Of a DNA stretch of 64,000 nt, positions 39,399 through 52,030 are shown piece after piece. Origin of the DNA: Octopus sinensis. Taxonomy: Eukaryota. A model generated the notes under the pieces. It did not search any database. It saw nothing but the letters and a program-made list of their open reading frames with translations, and was not told the DNA's origin. Positions within the stretch are counted from its first letter, which is position 1. The number at the start of each line of letters is the position of its first letter. The stretch covers positions 36,332,001 to 36,396,000 of the forward strand of contig NC_043006.1 of NCBI RefSeq assembly GCF_006345805.1, read 5' to 3'. The translations under genes were made by a program, and so were the position numbers.

Positions 39399-41619
39399 AC
39401 CCATCAATTATTTTTTATAATTTACTTTTCATTGGTTTTGATTTAATATAGGATCTTTTGATTAGTGAGAGAGAGGATGGCATCAGCAAAAACATTATAT
39501 TCTTTTAGTGACTTTTAGTGATGGTTTATATTCTTTTAGTGACTTTTAATCATAGGTCTGCTAAACTGGAAAAAAGAACTCCTTTCACATAGTTCACTTC
39601 ACAGACTGTGAGTAGGCACTGAGCTCTGGGACAAACTTACAGCTCTATGCAGTGCTGAAAAATTGACAAATTAGTACAATCACTTGGAGTGTTAAACTTC
39701 TATTGAGCTGAGTAAATTAATGTGCATCAAAAAGCTAACTAAAAATAGATGTAAGAAAATATCAAAAAGTCATCTTAGTTAATGACTTATATTCATTAGT
39801 CTTATAAGTTCGAGAGGAAAGTCCAAACATGTTTTAGTCTTATGCTGACCTCATCAACAAAGCATAGCCTCCATTGTACCCCCAAAGTGGTTTATAAAAT
39901 AATAAGTAAAATGTATTTATGTTTACTAAAGATTTTACATTTTTTAGCATAAGAAAATGAAATGGTTTAGAAATAAAATAATTAGATATGTAGTACATCT
40001 TCATGAAAGGCAATGATTAAGTTAGAAAGTAAGAATATTTAATGCAATGGACATTACTAAGCTAATTAGAATGAGATAACTTGTTTTAAATGCACTTATG
40101 ATAAAAGAAATAGACAAATCCCATTTTTATTGAACTTTGGCTGCTACTTAAAGTACTTGTGTGTAGTGAGCGTGACTTGGTACTGGATGATTAATAGCTA
40201 TGTCTTTTGGAGAAAGCTCTATATATGACAACAGAAATGTACTTTGATCTTTGATTTTGTTGTCCTTGTTGGTGGTCTTTCCTCAATTACACCATAGCAC
40301 TGAGATCTCTATTTACTATAGTCGCCCACTTGTTGAGGAGCTGGGGTTTCCTTGTGTGATCAACCATAGCAAATGATGTTCTTATGGTTGTCTAGCACCG
40401 TGTGTGTGTGGTGGGATGAATTAGAGGACCATGCCTTGCTCATGCATTCCCTTTTCCTTTTTAGTATGATTACTATGGTTCATTGCCCATCCTAACACCA
40501 ACTCCTTTACAGAGTGTAGGAGGTGCATTTTATTGTGATACATCTGGTCACTTCAGCCATGCCATATAACCACACACATGCTTTTCTTGGACTATTCTTT
40601 TCCTTCTCTCCAGCCCTTTCCTCTTTCTGACAAAGAGCCATGGTTGAAACATCACCCCCCCTCTTTTTCCCATCTTAAAAATGAATGTCAACCTAATACA
40701 TTCGCTGTGTATGTTCTTTTGACTTTTGCTGTTTGTATTTTTTATTTTTGTTTGTAGTTTTGATTTGCCTATACACACACAAACACACACATTAAAATTG
40801 CAACATCTATGATAGAATTTGAACCACTGACCCTCCTATACCATTTACCTGGTACTTATCAAAAACACACATACAGACACACACACCAGTTCATGCATGG
40901 ATGTTTGAAGAACAAACATTGATGTTGTTAATCTTCTGGAATAAACAAAAGAGGATCAGGGAACTTCTGAGGAGATTATGTTGCTCTGAAGTATTTGCTG
41001 ACTCGTGTTTTTTTCTCAACTTTTCTCCATCAACTATTGCCACAACAAACTACTTTTGCAGCTGCTGCTACTACTACTACTACAACTAATAATAATAATA
41101 ATAATAATAATAGTATTCTTATATAAGCATTTTTTAATATCCTCTATTTCTTTCTCATTTGCTTGCTTTCTTGCTTCTTTTTAAAATGAACTCCGCCTGT
41201 GAGCCAGATGTACATAACATACTATTAAAGGTATTTTCATGTATGACAGTGTGTGTGTGTTTGTGTATTTACTCATACACACACACAAGAAAAAAACCAC
41301 AAACACGTTTACTAACCTTCAACTCTTCAAAGACAGCATCAATGGTATGAATATCAATCTCTACCTTTCACTCACAGCCAGTGACTCTGTCTGAGTCCCC
41401 CCCCTCACCCTTTCCAGATTCTGGGAAATACGTACACAAAGATAAAACACTCAAGTGCATATACGCACATACACATTCATTCACACACGTTTTAATCAGA
41501 CATGTGTGTAGAAATACACTCAGCTTTTTTCTTGCTGATATTTTTCATACCAAATGTTGTGTATACAAATTGATTCCCTTTGCCACCATACCTCCACCTT
41601 CTCTTTAACCAAAGTCTCT

Positions 41620-41828
41620 TAACCCTTTTGAAGTATAAAAACCACCCCTCCTGGTTCTATAATACAAACTTGCTTCTTTAAAGTTATTTAAATTATAACC
41701 TTCCATCTACATTTCATGTTAATTTATCTTCCAAACACCAGCTTAAAAATGACAGTTATTTACTAAATTATTCATTATTTTCAAAATTAATTGAAGTGAA
41801 AGCAGTATATTTCATCAGATTAAAAGTA
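41620..41828. mobile_element. TTAA/CCC-ended (piggyBac-like) MITE remnant
   Basis: Begins TTAACCCTTT with an AT-rich body. The right end is degraded. Confidence 0.45.
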
Positions 41829-42230
41829 TACATTAACTTGTCATTACCTCTAGTGTAGTTATCTGAAGTGGCACTAAACAGGTCGCTCTATCCTTTCTCT
41901 GTTCATTCCTTCTTTATACGTGCATGTGTGTATTATCCTGGTTTCACTTCCATGGTTAGGCAATGCATTGTAGCCTTGAGCAAGGCACTTCATTAAAAAT
42001 GGAAATGAGTAATTGCAAAAGTGATGGTGGTCGTGCAAATTAACCCTGTGACAGTCTGACATCCTGTTAAGAGAAGAGCTCCATATTCTGTCATTTAAGC
42101 ATGTTACAATTTACAAATCAGAAGAAACTCCAGCCTTGAAAATTCAAAACGTGTTTTTTGTTTTTGTTTTTGTTTTAGTAAGGCACATTGTACTATTTTA
42201 ACCCAACAACAATAATCTTTATATAATACT

Positions 42231-42385
42231 GTTGGCGTTAGGAAGGGCATCCAGCTGTAGAAACACTACCAGATCAGACTGGAGCCTGGTGGAGCCTCCT
42301 GGCTTCCCAGACCCCGGTCGAACCGTCCAACCTGTGCTAGCACGGAAAACGGACGTTAAACGATGATGATGATGATGATGATGAT
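42231..42385 (+). mobile_element. Short, young RTE 3'-end insertion
   Basis: GTTGGCGTTAGGAAGGGCATCCAGCTGTAG...GGACGTTAAAC(GAT)8, with CpGs retained. Confidence 0.9.
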
Positions 42386-42555
42386 ATATATATATATATA
42401 TATATAATATATATATATATATAATTTAAAGAAAAACCACTGTTAAACATTTCAATAAAGAAAGTTGTTATTCACACCATATAGAAAACATATACTATAA
42501 AAAAAAACCTTATTTTAAATCAATAAAGTACAATAAATAGTCAACAGTAGTAAAA

Positions 42556-42675
42556 AGACTACGCATGTTTCATGGCTATATTTTCAAATAGATAATAATA
42601 ATAAAATCAGTTTGATTCAAAATTAAATTGAACTAAATTTAATTCTATTTAAAAATATAGTCACTCATCAGGTCT
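42556..42675 (-). ncRNA. Type I hammerhead ribozyme with intact core and extended stem II
   Basis: Minus strand: AGAC-CTGATGA-[GTGACTATATTTTTAAATAGA...TCTATTTGAAAATATAGCCAT]-GAA-ACATGCGT-A-GTCT, with a GUA cleavage triplet. Confidence 0.75.
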
Positions 42676-43100
42676 AAGATAATAAATAATAAAAAATAAT
42701 AATAATAGAATAAATGTACTTATCTTAACTTATACTAATTATCAAAAATATATATATATTAAAAAATACGTGTATTAACTATAAATAATTGAAAAGCATT
42801 TAACAAGTTTATATTTTTATTTTAAGACATATTGTTAAATGCTTTTCGATTGGATCTATTCCTTCATCCAATCCATATTTATGACCTTGATCAGTGATTG
42901 ACTGATTGTAAGCATTTGATTAACTATCTTTTGATTTGCTACATCTATTGCAGAGATTTTAAATTGTTTTGCTTTGATGTGCACTCAGGAGCAGATAAGA
43001 AAATCATTGGTTTACTTTGCTTGGAGAGTTAACGAAAAAAACTTGAAATGTTAGAAAAATATATATAAAACTAATATTGGTTACTTTGTATATTTTTTTT

Positions 43101-43451
43101 ATCCTTTATATGTTTCAGTCATGGGACTACAGCCATGCTGGAGCACCAACTTGAAGGGTTTTAGTTGAACAAACCAACCCCAGTACTTAATTTTAAAGTC
43201 TAGTACTTGTTCTATCAGTCTCTTTTGCCAAACCTCTAAGTTACAGGGGCATAAACAAATCAACACCAGTTGTCAAGCTGTGGTGGAACATGGACTCACA
43301 CACACATACACATAAATGCATGCACATGCATAATGGCTTTCACTGAGTCACTTGCCAGGCATTGATCAGTGCCATGGCACCACTCAGTGGGACTGAACAT
43401 GAAACCACATTGTTGCAAAGCAAGCTTCTTAACGACACAGCCATGCCTGCA
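43101..43451 (-). mobile_element. SINE family A
   Basis: TGTTTCAGTCAT...GCCATGCTGGAGCACC...CAGTGGGACTGAAC...ACACAGCCATGCCTGC. Confidence 0.85.
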
Positions 43452-45334
43452 TCTATAACAAAATTATGTGTAACACATTTTATTGAATATTGAAGTGTTA
43501 AAATAGATTTTTTTTAAAGTCTTAAATTACGTTTTTTTTTAAAACTTGTGTCACATCTAGATGCCTCTTGTGGTGCACCATTTGAGAACTAGCAGTGTAT
43601 GACATCAGTCTGCTTGAACAAAAAATATCAGTTTTCCTTAACGGTAATTTTCATACTTATTTTCACTTTAAATAAGTACAAAAAATATAATTGTTAGTCT
43701 CTTGCAGAATAAAATTTACCATCTCATTATCTAATTATCTTGTCATAGTTGCTGCTGATGCTGTTATTGCTGCTGCTGCTGCTGCTACCATCATCACTAT
43801 CATCATCAAGCAAATATACAAACAGAAAAATTGGTGCCTTTTTTTCCCATCTCAAGCTGGTTGAAGAATCACTTTCTTCTGCGCTCTCTAGAGTATCATC
43901 ATCATCTAAGAAAGTCTGGAAAAATTTTGTCACTGTATAACTCTTTCATTTTCAACTTGATTTTCCCCCATCAACAGGGGTCACTTACACTTAGGTGCAT
44001 TTGACAAAGTAGATGCTCAGGCATCAATTGATGATGGCCATATTCATGTAAAATTTTTGAAATATCAATTATGATGCTCACTGTTCTTTCGTTCTCTAGT
44101 AAAGCATCGATTGATTGTGTCCGCTGTTTAAGGGTTAATGTTGCTAGAATTTAAATGTATTGCTTCAGAATATAAATAAAACTTTTATAACAAGTTTGAA
44201 CTTCAGACCATCAGAATTGAGCAATTCAAGAGTCATTACATTCAAGGATTCTAACATGTGAAATAGACCTTAGTAAAACATCTTAATTACTACTGTTCTG
44301 AAGCATTTCCTTCTAACGTTTTCTTTTCTTTATCTTCATCCTCTACATTTACTTCTCTCCCTACTTTTTTTTCCTTGACTTCTTACTATCTCTTCATTTC
44401 TTTCCTCCTTTATTTCGTTCATTCTTTTTATCATCTTCTTTGCTCTTGTCTTTATCTCTGTTTTTTATTATTTATATTTTCCTTAGGCAGGATCATTAGC
44501 ATGCCAAACAAAACACTTAGTGGCATTTCATCTGTCTTTTATGTGCTGAATTCAAATTCCACCAAGATCTACTTTCCTTTTCATCCTTTGGAGATCGATA
44601 AAATAAGTACCAGTTGAGCACTGGCGTTGATGCAATCAACTAGCCCCTCCGCTTCAATTTCAGGCCTTGTGCCTATAGTAGAAAGGATTAGTTATATTTT
44701 CTTTCCTTCTTTTTTTTTTTTCACCCATTTTTTGATACTGCCTGCAGTTTCTTTCAAACACTTGCTTATTTTGCTTAATTAAATGGTTTTTAATTGCCAC
44801 AGGTTATCCCCCCGCCACCCACACACACACTCAACATTTCTCCTGTCATCTTTTACTTAATTTGTTTTTTTAATGTTTTCACTATTTGAAGTTTATAAAG
44901 CATTTTCTTTTATTTTCTATATTCCTTTCCTTTCCTTATCTCTGATTTCTGTTCACAATTCTGTCTTTTTGTCTTATCTTTAATTTTTATTTTCTTTCTT
45001 ATAATAATATTTTTAAATATCAATTTGCCCATAGGGATGTATGTGTATGAGTGAGATTTATTTTGCACTACTTTTACTAGTTTCAGTTATTGCAATGGAG
45101 GCCATGCTAGGACACCATCTTCTATCGTGTTCTTGATTATATATATTCCAGTGTTTGTTTTATTGACAAGTATATATTTCATTGATCCCCCCCCCCTACA
45201 AGAATGAGAGGAAAATCTGGATGAGATTTGAACTTGGATCGTAAAACAACACAAGATACCACATGGTATTTTTTTTATCTAATGCTCTACTGATTCTGCC
45301 ATCCACCCATATGTATGTATGTGTAATTTTTTTT

Positions 45335-45998
45335 TTACTTCTTTCAGTCATTGAACTGTGGCCATACTGGTGTACTGCCTTAAAGGACTTCAGTTAAATA
45401 AATCAACTCTAATACTTATGATTTTATTTTGTTTTGTTTTTATGAGAATGTAAACAAACCTACACCAGTTATCAAGTAATTGCACGATGATGCACACACA
45501 CATTTTTTTATAGATAGATACCCTTCATATCACCAACTCTTACTTGGAAACAAGTAAGATATTTCCTCATGACCAGGTATATTTTGCAGAATATTGGAAA
45601 TAGACATCACTTGCATGATGGTGACACTCATTTACAAGTTAAGATATGGAGACAGTAACTCACATATGTACAACAGGATTCCTACAGTTTCTATGCTCTA
45701 GATTTACTCATGAGGCTTTGGTTGGTCCAGGGCTGTAGTAGAAGACTCTTGCCTGAGGTGCCACATTATGAGCTGAACTCAGAACCATGTGGTTGGGAAG
45801 CAAACCTCTTACCACACAGCCATGCCTCTGTGTGTGTGTGTGTGTGTATTGGGCTTTCACACATTTCCCATCTACCAACTTCACTCACAAATCATTAGTT
45901 AGCTCAGGGCTATAGCAGAAGACACCTGCCCAAGGTGCTGATCAGTAGGACTGAACTTGAAACTGCATAGTTACAAATCTTAACCACACAGCCATGCA

Positions 45999-46005
<7 letters not shown>
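45335..46005 (-). mobile_element. Stack of degraded SINE A/B fragments
   Basis: A-type tail (45335-45480), B-type tail and head (45525-45827) and a second head (45850-46003). Confidence 0.7.
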
Positions 46006-46054
<49 letters not shown>

Positions 46055-46720
46055 TGTGTGAGGATTATTTGTAGTTTGTTGGTTCTAATTTACTTTGTTG
46101 ATAATTCAGTGTGATATTTAATAGGATTCTAACCTTAATTTCAAAGCAGCGAGTTACCCAAATTAAAAAGAAACACCCCACTCCCTCCCAAAAGCTAGTT
46201 GTTGCCCAATCAGGCAACCCTGGGCTGTTTAGTGTCATTGTATGACTGGCTGGATAGCTTGATGGCTTGTGGGTGCTCTTGGTTAACGGGCTGGTGCCAG
46301 ATTTTCCTGATGCATTTTTCAATTGCTGTTCTTCAAAACATCAACCTTGTTTATTTTAATCCTTTTCCTATCAGACTTAAATATCAAAACCCACTTGTTT
46401 ATTTAACAGATAGACAGAAACCTCTTTACTTCAAAGGAAGTTAAAAAAAGAAGAAAACAAATCTTCCAGGTGACCCTGTACCTTATCTATTTCTCCTCCC
46501 ATGAATGCAGGTGCAGGGAGTTGAGGGATGAAAGGAAATTTGTTGATGATAATAATAGCAGCAACAAAAACAAAAACAACAAAAATGATGGTGGTGGTGG
46601 TGGTGAAATGAGAGAGGGGAGTTTCTTAAAAGAATTCTAATCAAAGTTCAGCACCCAAGGAAAATAACTTGCTTTTTCACTGTCTCTGTCTTTCCTCTCT
46701 CTGACTCTCCATCTTGCTTT

Positions 46721-46780
<60 letters not shown>

Positions 46781-47564
46781 ATTTTCACTCCTTATCTCTT
46801 TACTTCAATCTTTGCCTTTCCCACCCAAATATATACATTCTTCCTCTCTCTCCCTCCTTGCTGTCTCCTTCTCAACAAGATCCTGTTGTAAACATAGTTG
46901 TAGAGGTGTGGGAATAGGGGACTGAGATAGGGTAGAAATCAGTGAAACAGAGAGAAGCTGAAGACATGTTGCACATGCCAGTGGTGGTAACTGATGGTTG
47001 TAGTACTAGGATTTGCGCCCCACTCTCTTCTTACTCCCCCACCAAATGACTAATTTAAAATAAGATATGTATACATAGATTGTTCAGATTTAAGGATATA
47101 TCTGAGAACTGCAGGAGGCCAGGGTGGTATTTATGTTTGGTAAGTAAATGAAATAGGCATGGGGTTTTAACTGAAATACTGGGTGGTAAAGCTGAGGGTT
47201 ATTATTGGTGGAAGATTGGCAGAATTGTCAAGCATTGGATGAAATGCATTGCAGTATTTCTTCTGACATTTTACGACTAAGGTGAACATTGCCTTTCATC
47301 CTGCTGGAGTCAATAAGATAAAAGTACCAGTCGGCTACTGGAGTTGATGGTATTGACTAACTCTCTCCTCTCAAAACTGCTGGCCTAGTACCTAAATTAG
47401 AAGCATTTTTATTTGTAAAGATTATAGTAGTTGTAAATGTGGTAATGATGATGGTGGAAGAAATAAGTGTGGCAAAAAGTTATAAACACATAATCTTCGG
47501 AACCCCCCCCACAAAGTATGTGATGGGTATGAGGTACGTATGTGGTTGCTTCGATGTCCATATT

Positions 47565-47767
47565 CATCATCATCATCATCATTTAATGTCCACTTTTCCA
47601 TGCTTGTAGGGAACAGACAATTTCTTGAGGCAGATTTTCTATTGCTAAATTCTCACCCGTTTCCAAGCAAAAAAAATTTCTCTATGCTCAAGCATACTTT
47701 TCAGGGACAACTGCATACGTATGATGATGACGCTCATTTACAATTATCACATGATGTCTTGACAAGG

Positions 47768-47804
<37 letters not shown>

Positions 47805-47972
47805 TGTGTGTGTGTGTGTGTGTGTGAGACAGGCTTGTTTCAGTTTTCCTGTATCAAATCCACTTACAAGGCTTTGGTTGACTTAGGGCTATAATAGAAG
47901 ATACTTGCCCAAGGCGTCTTGCAGTGGGGCTGAACCAAAGCCCACGTGATTGGAGAGCAAGCTTCTTAACAT
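47565..47972 (-). mobile_element. SINE family B
   Basis: (CAT)nTTAATGTCCACTTTTCCATGC...(CA)n...AGAAGATACTTGCCCAAGG. Confidence 0.8.
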
Positions 47973-48311
47973 GTATGTGGAAGAGAAAGAGGTGGGTGGA
48001 AATAAGGCTGTTGTTGTTGTAATCTCTTAGCTCCTGGGCAACTCTCATTAAGCAATGATAAAAACTAGTCTAACTGTGACCATTGCATTTTCTTTTCTCC
48101 AGGAACAGTGCACATAGAACCACATAATCTGGTCACTTTTTAAGACAGGATGTGTAATTTGAGAGAAACCTGACTATTATTTCTTGCATGTTGTTTGATC
48201 ATATAGAAGGCTTCCTATGTTGGCTTGTAAAAGGGGCTATTGAAGATAATGGCAAAATTCTCCTTCCTCTATACCCTGAACTAGTCTCTGTACACATTAC
48301 TGAATGTATGT

Positions 48312-48342
<31 letters not shown>

Positions 48343-48770
48343 TTTACACGTTCATACATGCACTCCCCTCCCTCTCCCCCACGTTTCCCTTTCCATTCGC
48401 ATTAACCCAAAAATGTTGGTCTAATTCTCACCTGGCTGTCTCAACTAATATACATTTATATCTCTGCGTATGCTATTCATTTTTTTCCTAAGTATGTGTA
48501 TATGAATGTTCATCTGTGTGTTTCTTGTGTTTGTGCATATACATATATACATCATATATACAAGGTTGTATTGAGCACTTTTATGTTTTCATACCACAAA
48601 ATAAACAAAAACCATACACAAACACACGTATATTTTCACATGGATGCATTACTTAATTTTAATAACATCTTTCTCTCCCTTTATCACAGTTTATTGCAAT
48701 CAATTTTGTAGACTCTCTCTGCCTATGTCTGCATACGCATGTGTATGCACACACACACACACTCTCTCTC

Positions 48771-48806
<36 letters not shown>

Positions 48807-49196
48807 GGAACGTAAACAAGAGTGAGATGAAAATAGATAACACACCTGCTGGGAATTGAACCAAACACCTTTAAGTTCTCAACGAAGTGTGCAGTGTTAT
48901 GTACATAATTGGTCCCTAAATATTTGTTTGATTTATCTGAATGTGTGTGTGTGTGAGAGAGAGAGAGTCTGTGGTGTAAGAATAATAATAATGGTGGTGA
49001 TAATATATAAACACAACTTCAGTCTGTACTAAGATTACTATTTACTTTATTTCAGTTGTATAAATGTATTTCTGGTTGTTAAGGTTAAAATGTTTGTGAT
49101 AATTAGAGAATGTGGAATCCGTTTCCCAGAGATTTTCTATTTTCTGTATGGAATTGGTATTTTATATATACATAAAATACTAATTTTGCCATGATA

Positions 49197-49395
49197 GATC
49201 GTTAGCTCCTACACGCATTTTTTCTCTCCTTGTTTCTTTCCTTGTTTTTTTCTGTGTATCTTTCTGTCAAAGAACGTAGGCTCGAAACGTAAAAGACTTT
49301 TTCTATTTCTATTCCTGAGCGCTATACTAATACATTTGTTTGTTTGTACTCCACCTGCCTTCGTCTTTTGTTTATTTTCGTAAACTTTCCCGTTA
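49197..49395 (+). mobile_element. Probable PLE pLTR-like fragment with variant hammerhead motif
   Basis: TCTTT-CTGTCAA-A-GAAC-GTAG-GCTC-GAA-ACGT-A-AAAGA at 49259-49295. The segment is CpG-rich and ends in (TA)n. Confidence 0.5.
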
Positions 49396-49421
49396 TATAT
49401 ATATATATATATATATATAAA

Positions 49422-49895
49422 ACCAAATTCGGTGACTGGCACCCATGCCAGTGGAGCGCTAACAGCTCCATCTGAGCGGGATCACTGCCAGAGCAGCTGT
49501 CTGGCTTCGGTGCTGGTGGCACGTAAAAAGTACCATTTGAGCATGATCATTACCAGTGTTGCCTTACTGGCATTTGTGCCAGTGGCACGTGAACAAAACA
49601 TTCGAGCGAGGTCATTGCCAGTGCCGCTGGACTGACTCCTGTGCAGTTGGCATGTAAAAAACACCATTTCGAGCATGGCCGTTGCTAGTACCGCCAGACT
49701 GGCCCTTGTGCCGGTGGCATGTAAAAGCACCCACTACACTCTCAGAGTGGTTGGTGTTACGAAGAGTATCCAGCTGTAGAAACTCTGCCAGATCAGAAAG
49801 GAGCCTGGCGCAGACATCTGGTTCACCAGTCCTCAGTCAAATCGTCCAACCCATGCTAGCATGGAAAGCGGACGTTAAAAGATGATGATGATGAT
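49422..49895 (+). mobile_element. RTE LINE 3'UTR fragment
   Basis: Homologous to 4040-4581. Ends GCGGACGTTAAAA(GAT)n. Confidence 0.9.
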
Positions 49896-49901
49896 ATAAA
49901 A

Positions 49902-50110
49902 GGCTCATGGCTCAGTGGTTAGAGTGTCAAGCTTACGATCATGAGGTTGTGAGTTTGATTCCTGGACCGGGCTGCATGTTGTGTTCTTGAGCAAGACACT
50001 TTATTTCACATTGCTCCAGTTAACTCAGCTGTAGATATGAGTTACTACATCACTGGTGCCAAGCTGGTGCCTTTGCCTTTCCCTTGGATAACACTGGTGG
50101 AGAGGGGAGG
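49902..50110 (+). mobile_element. tRNA-derived SINE (family E; CORE/Meta-like central domain)
   Basis: A-box TGGCTCAGTGGTT, B-box GTTTGATTCC and GTGTTCTTGAGCAAGACACTT...CTCAGCTGTAG. Confidence 0.8.
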
Positions 50111-51082
50111 CTGCTGCAATTCCATAGTCACTCATGACCAACATACTTAGAGAAGTTGCAATAGAAGAGTCATTAAGTAAATGTAGGAAATTGTACAATT
50201 GTTGTACAGTTACTTAAAGGATTTTTATATCACATGCTAACAAATATATGTGCCAAACTGTCTAGGACCTGCCATAAACTAATTGTTAACCTATCCCAGG
50301 GGTCAATTTATCTCATTCACTTATTACCCTGAAAATCATATGGAGCTAAGCCATGACCTTTTCAGAAAGAGAACGAGGGTGGGAGTAGAAATATTTGTTT
50401 TTTTAAAGACATTTAAGAATGATGAATTTGCCAACAACAAATACATGGTCATCCTCAGCATCACCACCACCATCACTACTGGTTTTATCATCACCATTAT
50501 TTACTTCAACTGTGCTGGAGGCATCAGTTTTTTTTTAATTTTTACTCCCCCTCATCACCTTCACTGCCACCATCATCACTGCCTTCATCAACATTACTTC
50601 AATCATCATTATCACAGCTACCATCATCACTATTTCCACCACCACTCTCTTCACCAAGTTGGATTTAAATCAAACTCAAGATTGTGTTATTATTAAAATT
50701 ATGGTTTAAAGAAAGAACAAACTTTGACTGTCTCTTGTTTGCTGTCACAAAGTTGAAGAACATAGAACATAGTGCCAGATGTAACAGTTTTGTTCCTGCA
50801 GTTTGATGTTTTGCTCAAGTCAATGCTGATCAAACAGACTAATGGTCAAAGCTTTCCTATTCTGTCCATCCTGTTTCTTCTATAACTAGGTCTTCTACAA
50901 TGTATCTATCTTTATTTAAAATGGTAGTTAGAATGTAACTTATGGGAGACTTCTCTGCTGTCTCCAACAGGTTGAGAGAATATGTTGAGGCTTCCTCTCT
51001 CCTCAGCTCATTGGATATTCATATTGGTGTTGTTTAGCTCCCAATCTGTTCTGATTAAGTAAACCTGTAATTAAAAAGCATT

Positions 51083-52030
51083 TTGAGGTAGTAGATAGCT
51101 TCTGTTATCTAGGTGACCAAGTAAGTAGCAGAGGTGTATGCTTCAAGAGTGTAGCTGTGAGAATAAGACTAGGCTGGGCAAAGTTCAGAGAACTTCTACC
51201 CCTACTAGCAACAAAGGGCCTCTCTCTCAGAGTGAAAGGCAGATTGTATGATGCCTCTGTGCAAACAATTATGCTACATGGCATGCATAGGCTTGAAAGA
51301 AATGAAGCCAGTATGCTTCACTGGATGTGCAATGTCAGTATGCATGCTTGACAGAGTGTAAGCATCTTGAGAAAAAAGTTAGGTATGAGGCATCAGATGT
51401 GGTGTGAAAGAGAGACAACTATGCTGGTATGGTCATGTGATGCGTATGGACATGGACAGCTGTGTAAAGAAGTGCTGCAATCTAACTGTGGAGAGAACAT
51501 GTGGTAGAGGTAGACCCAGGAAGACATGAGACAAGGTGGTGAAGCATGATCTTTGAACTTTGGGCCTCACAGAGGCAATGACTAGTCACTGAGATCTTTG
51601 GTGATATGCTGTGCTTGAGAAGACCGGTCAAGACAAGTGAAACCATAGTCGTGGCTGATGCTAGTGTCACGTAACTGGCACGTAAAAAGCACCTTTTGAA
51701 TGTTGGGTTTCACAGAGGCAAAGTGGCTGAGCTCATTTCGAGTGTTGGGCCTCATGGAGACAATGACTGAAATCTTTGGCTTTATGCCGTGTTTGAGAAG
51801 TAGATCCATGAAGCTGAACAAAATCACAATCATGTCAGATACTGGTGTCACGAAAATGGCACCTGTGCCAGTGACATGTAAAAGCACCCATTACACTCTC
51901 AGAATGGAAGGGCATCCAGCCATAGAAACCATACCAAATCAGACTGGGTGTCTTCCAGCTTGCCAGCCCTGGTCAAACCATCCAATGCATGCCATCATGA
52001 ACAACAGATGTTAAATGATGATGTTGATGA
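51083..52030 (+). mobile_element. Second RTE LINE 3' fragment (older, with internal deletions)
   Basis: EVVDSFCYLGDQVS...RIRLGWAKFRELLPLLATKGLSLRVKGRLYDA...WYGHV...GRPRKT, and tail GATGTTAAATGATGATG. Confidence 0.92.
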
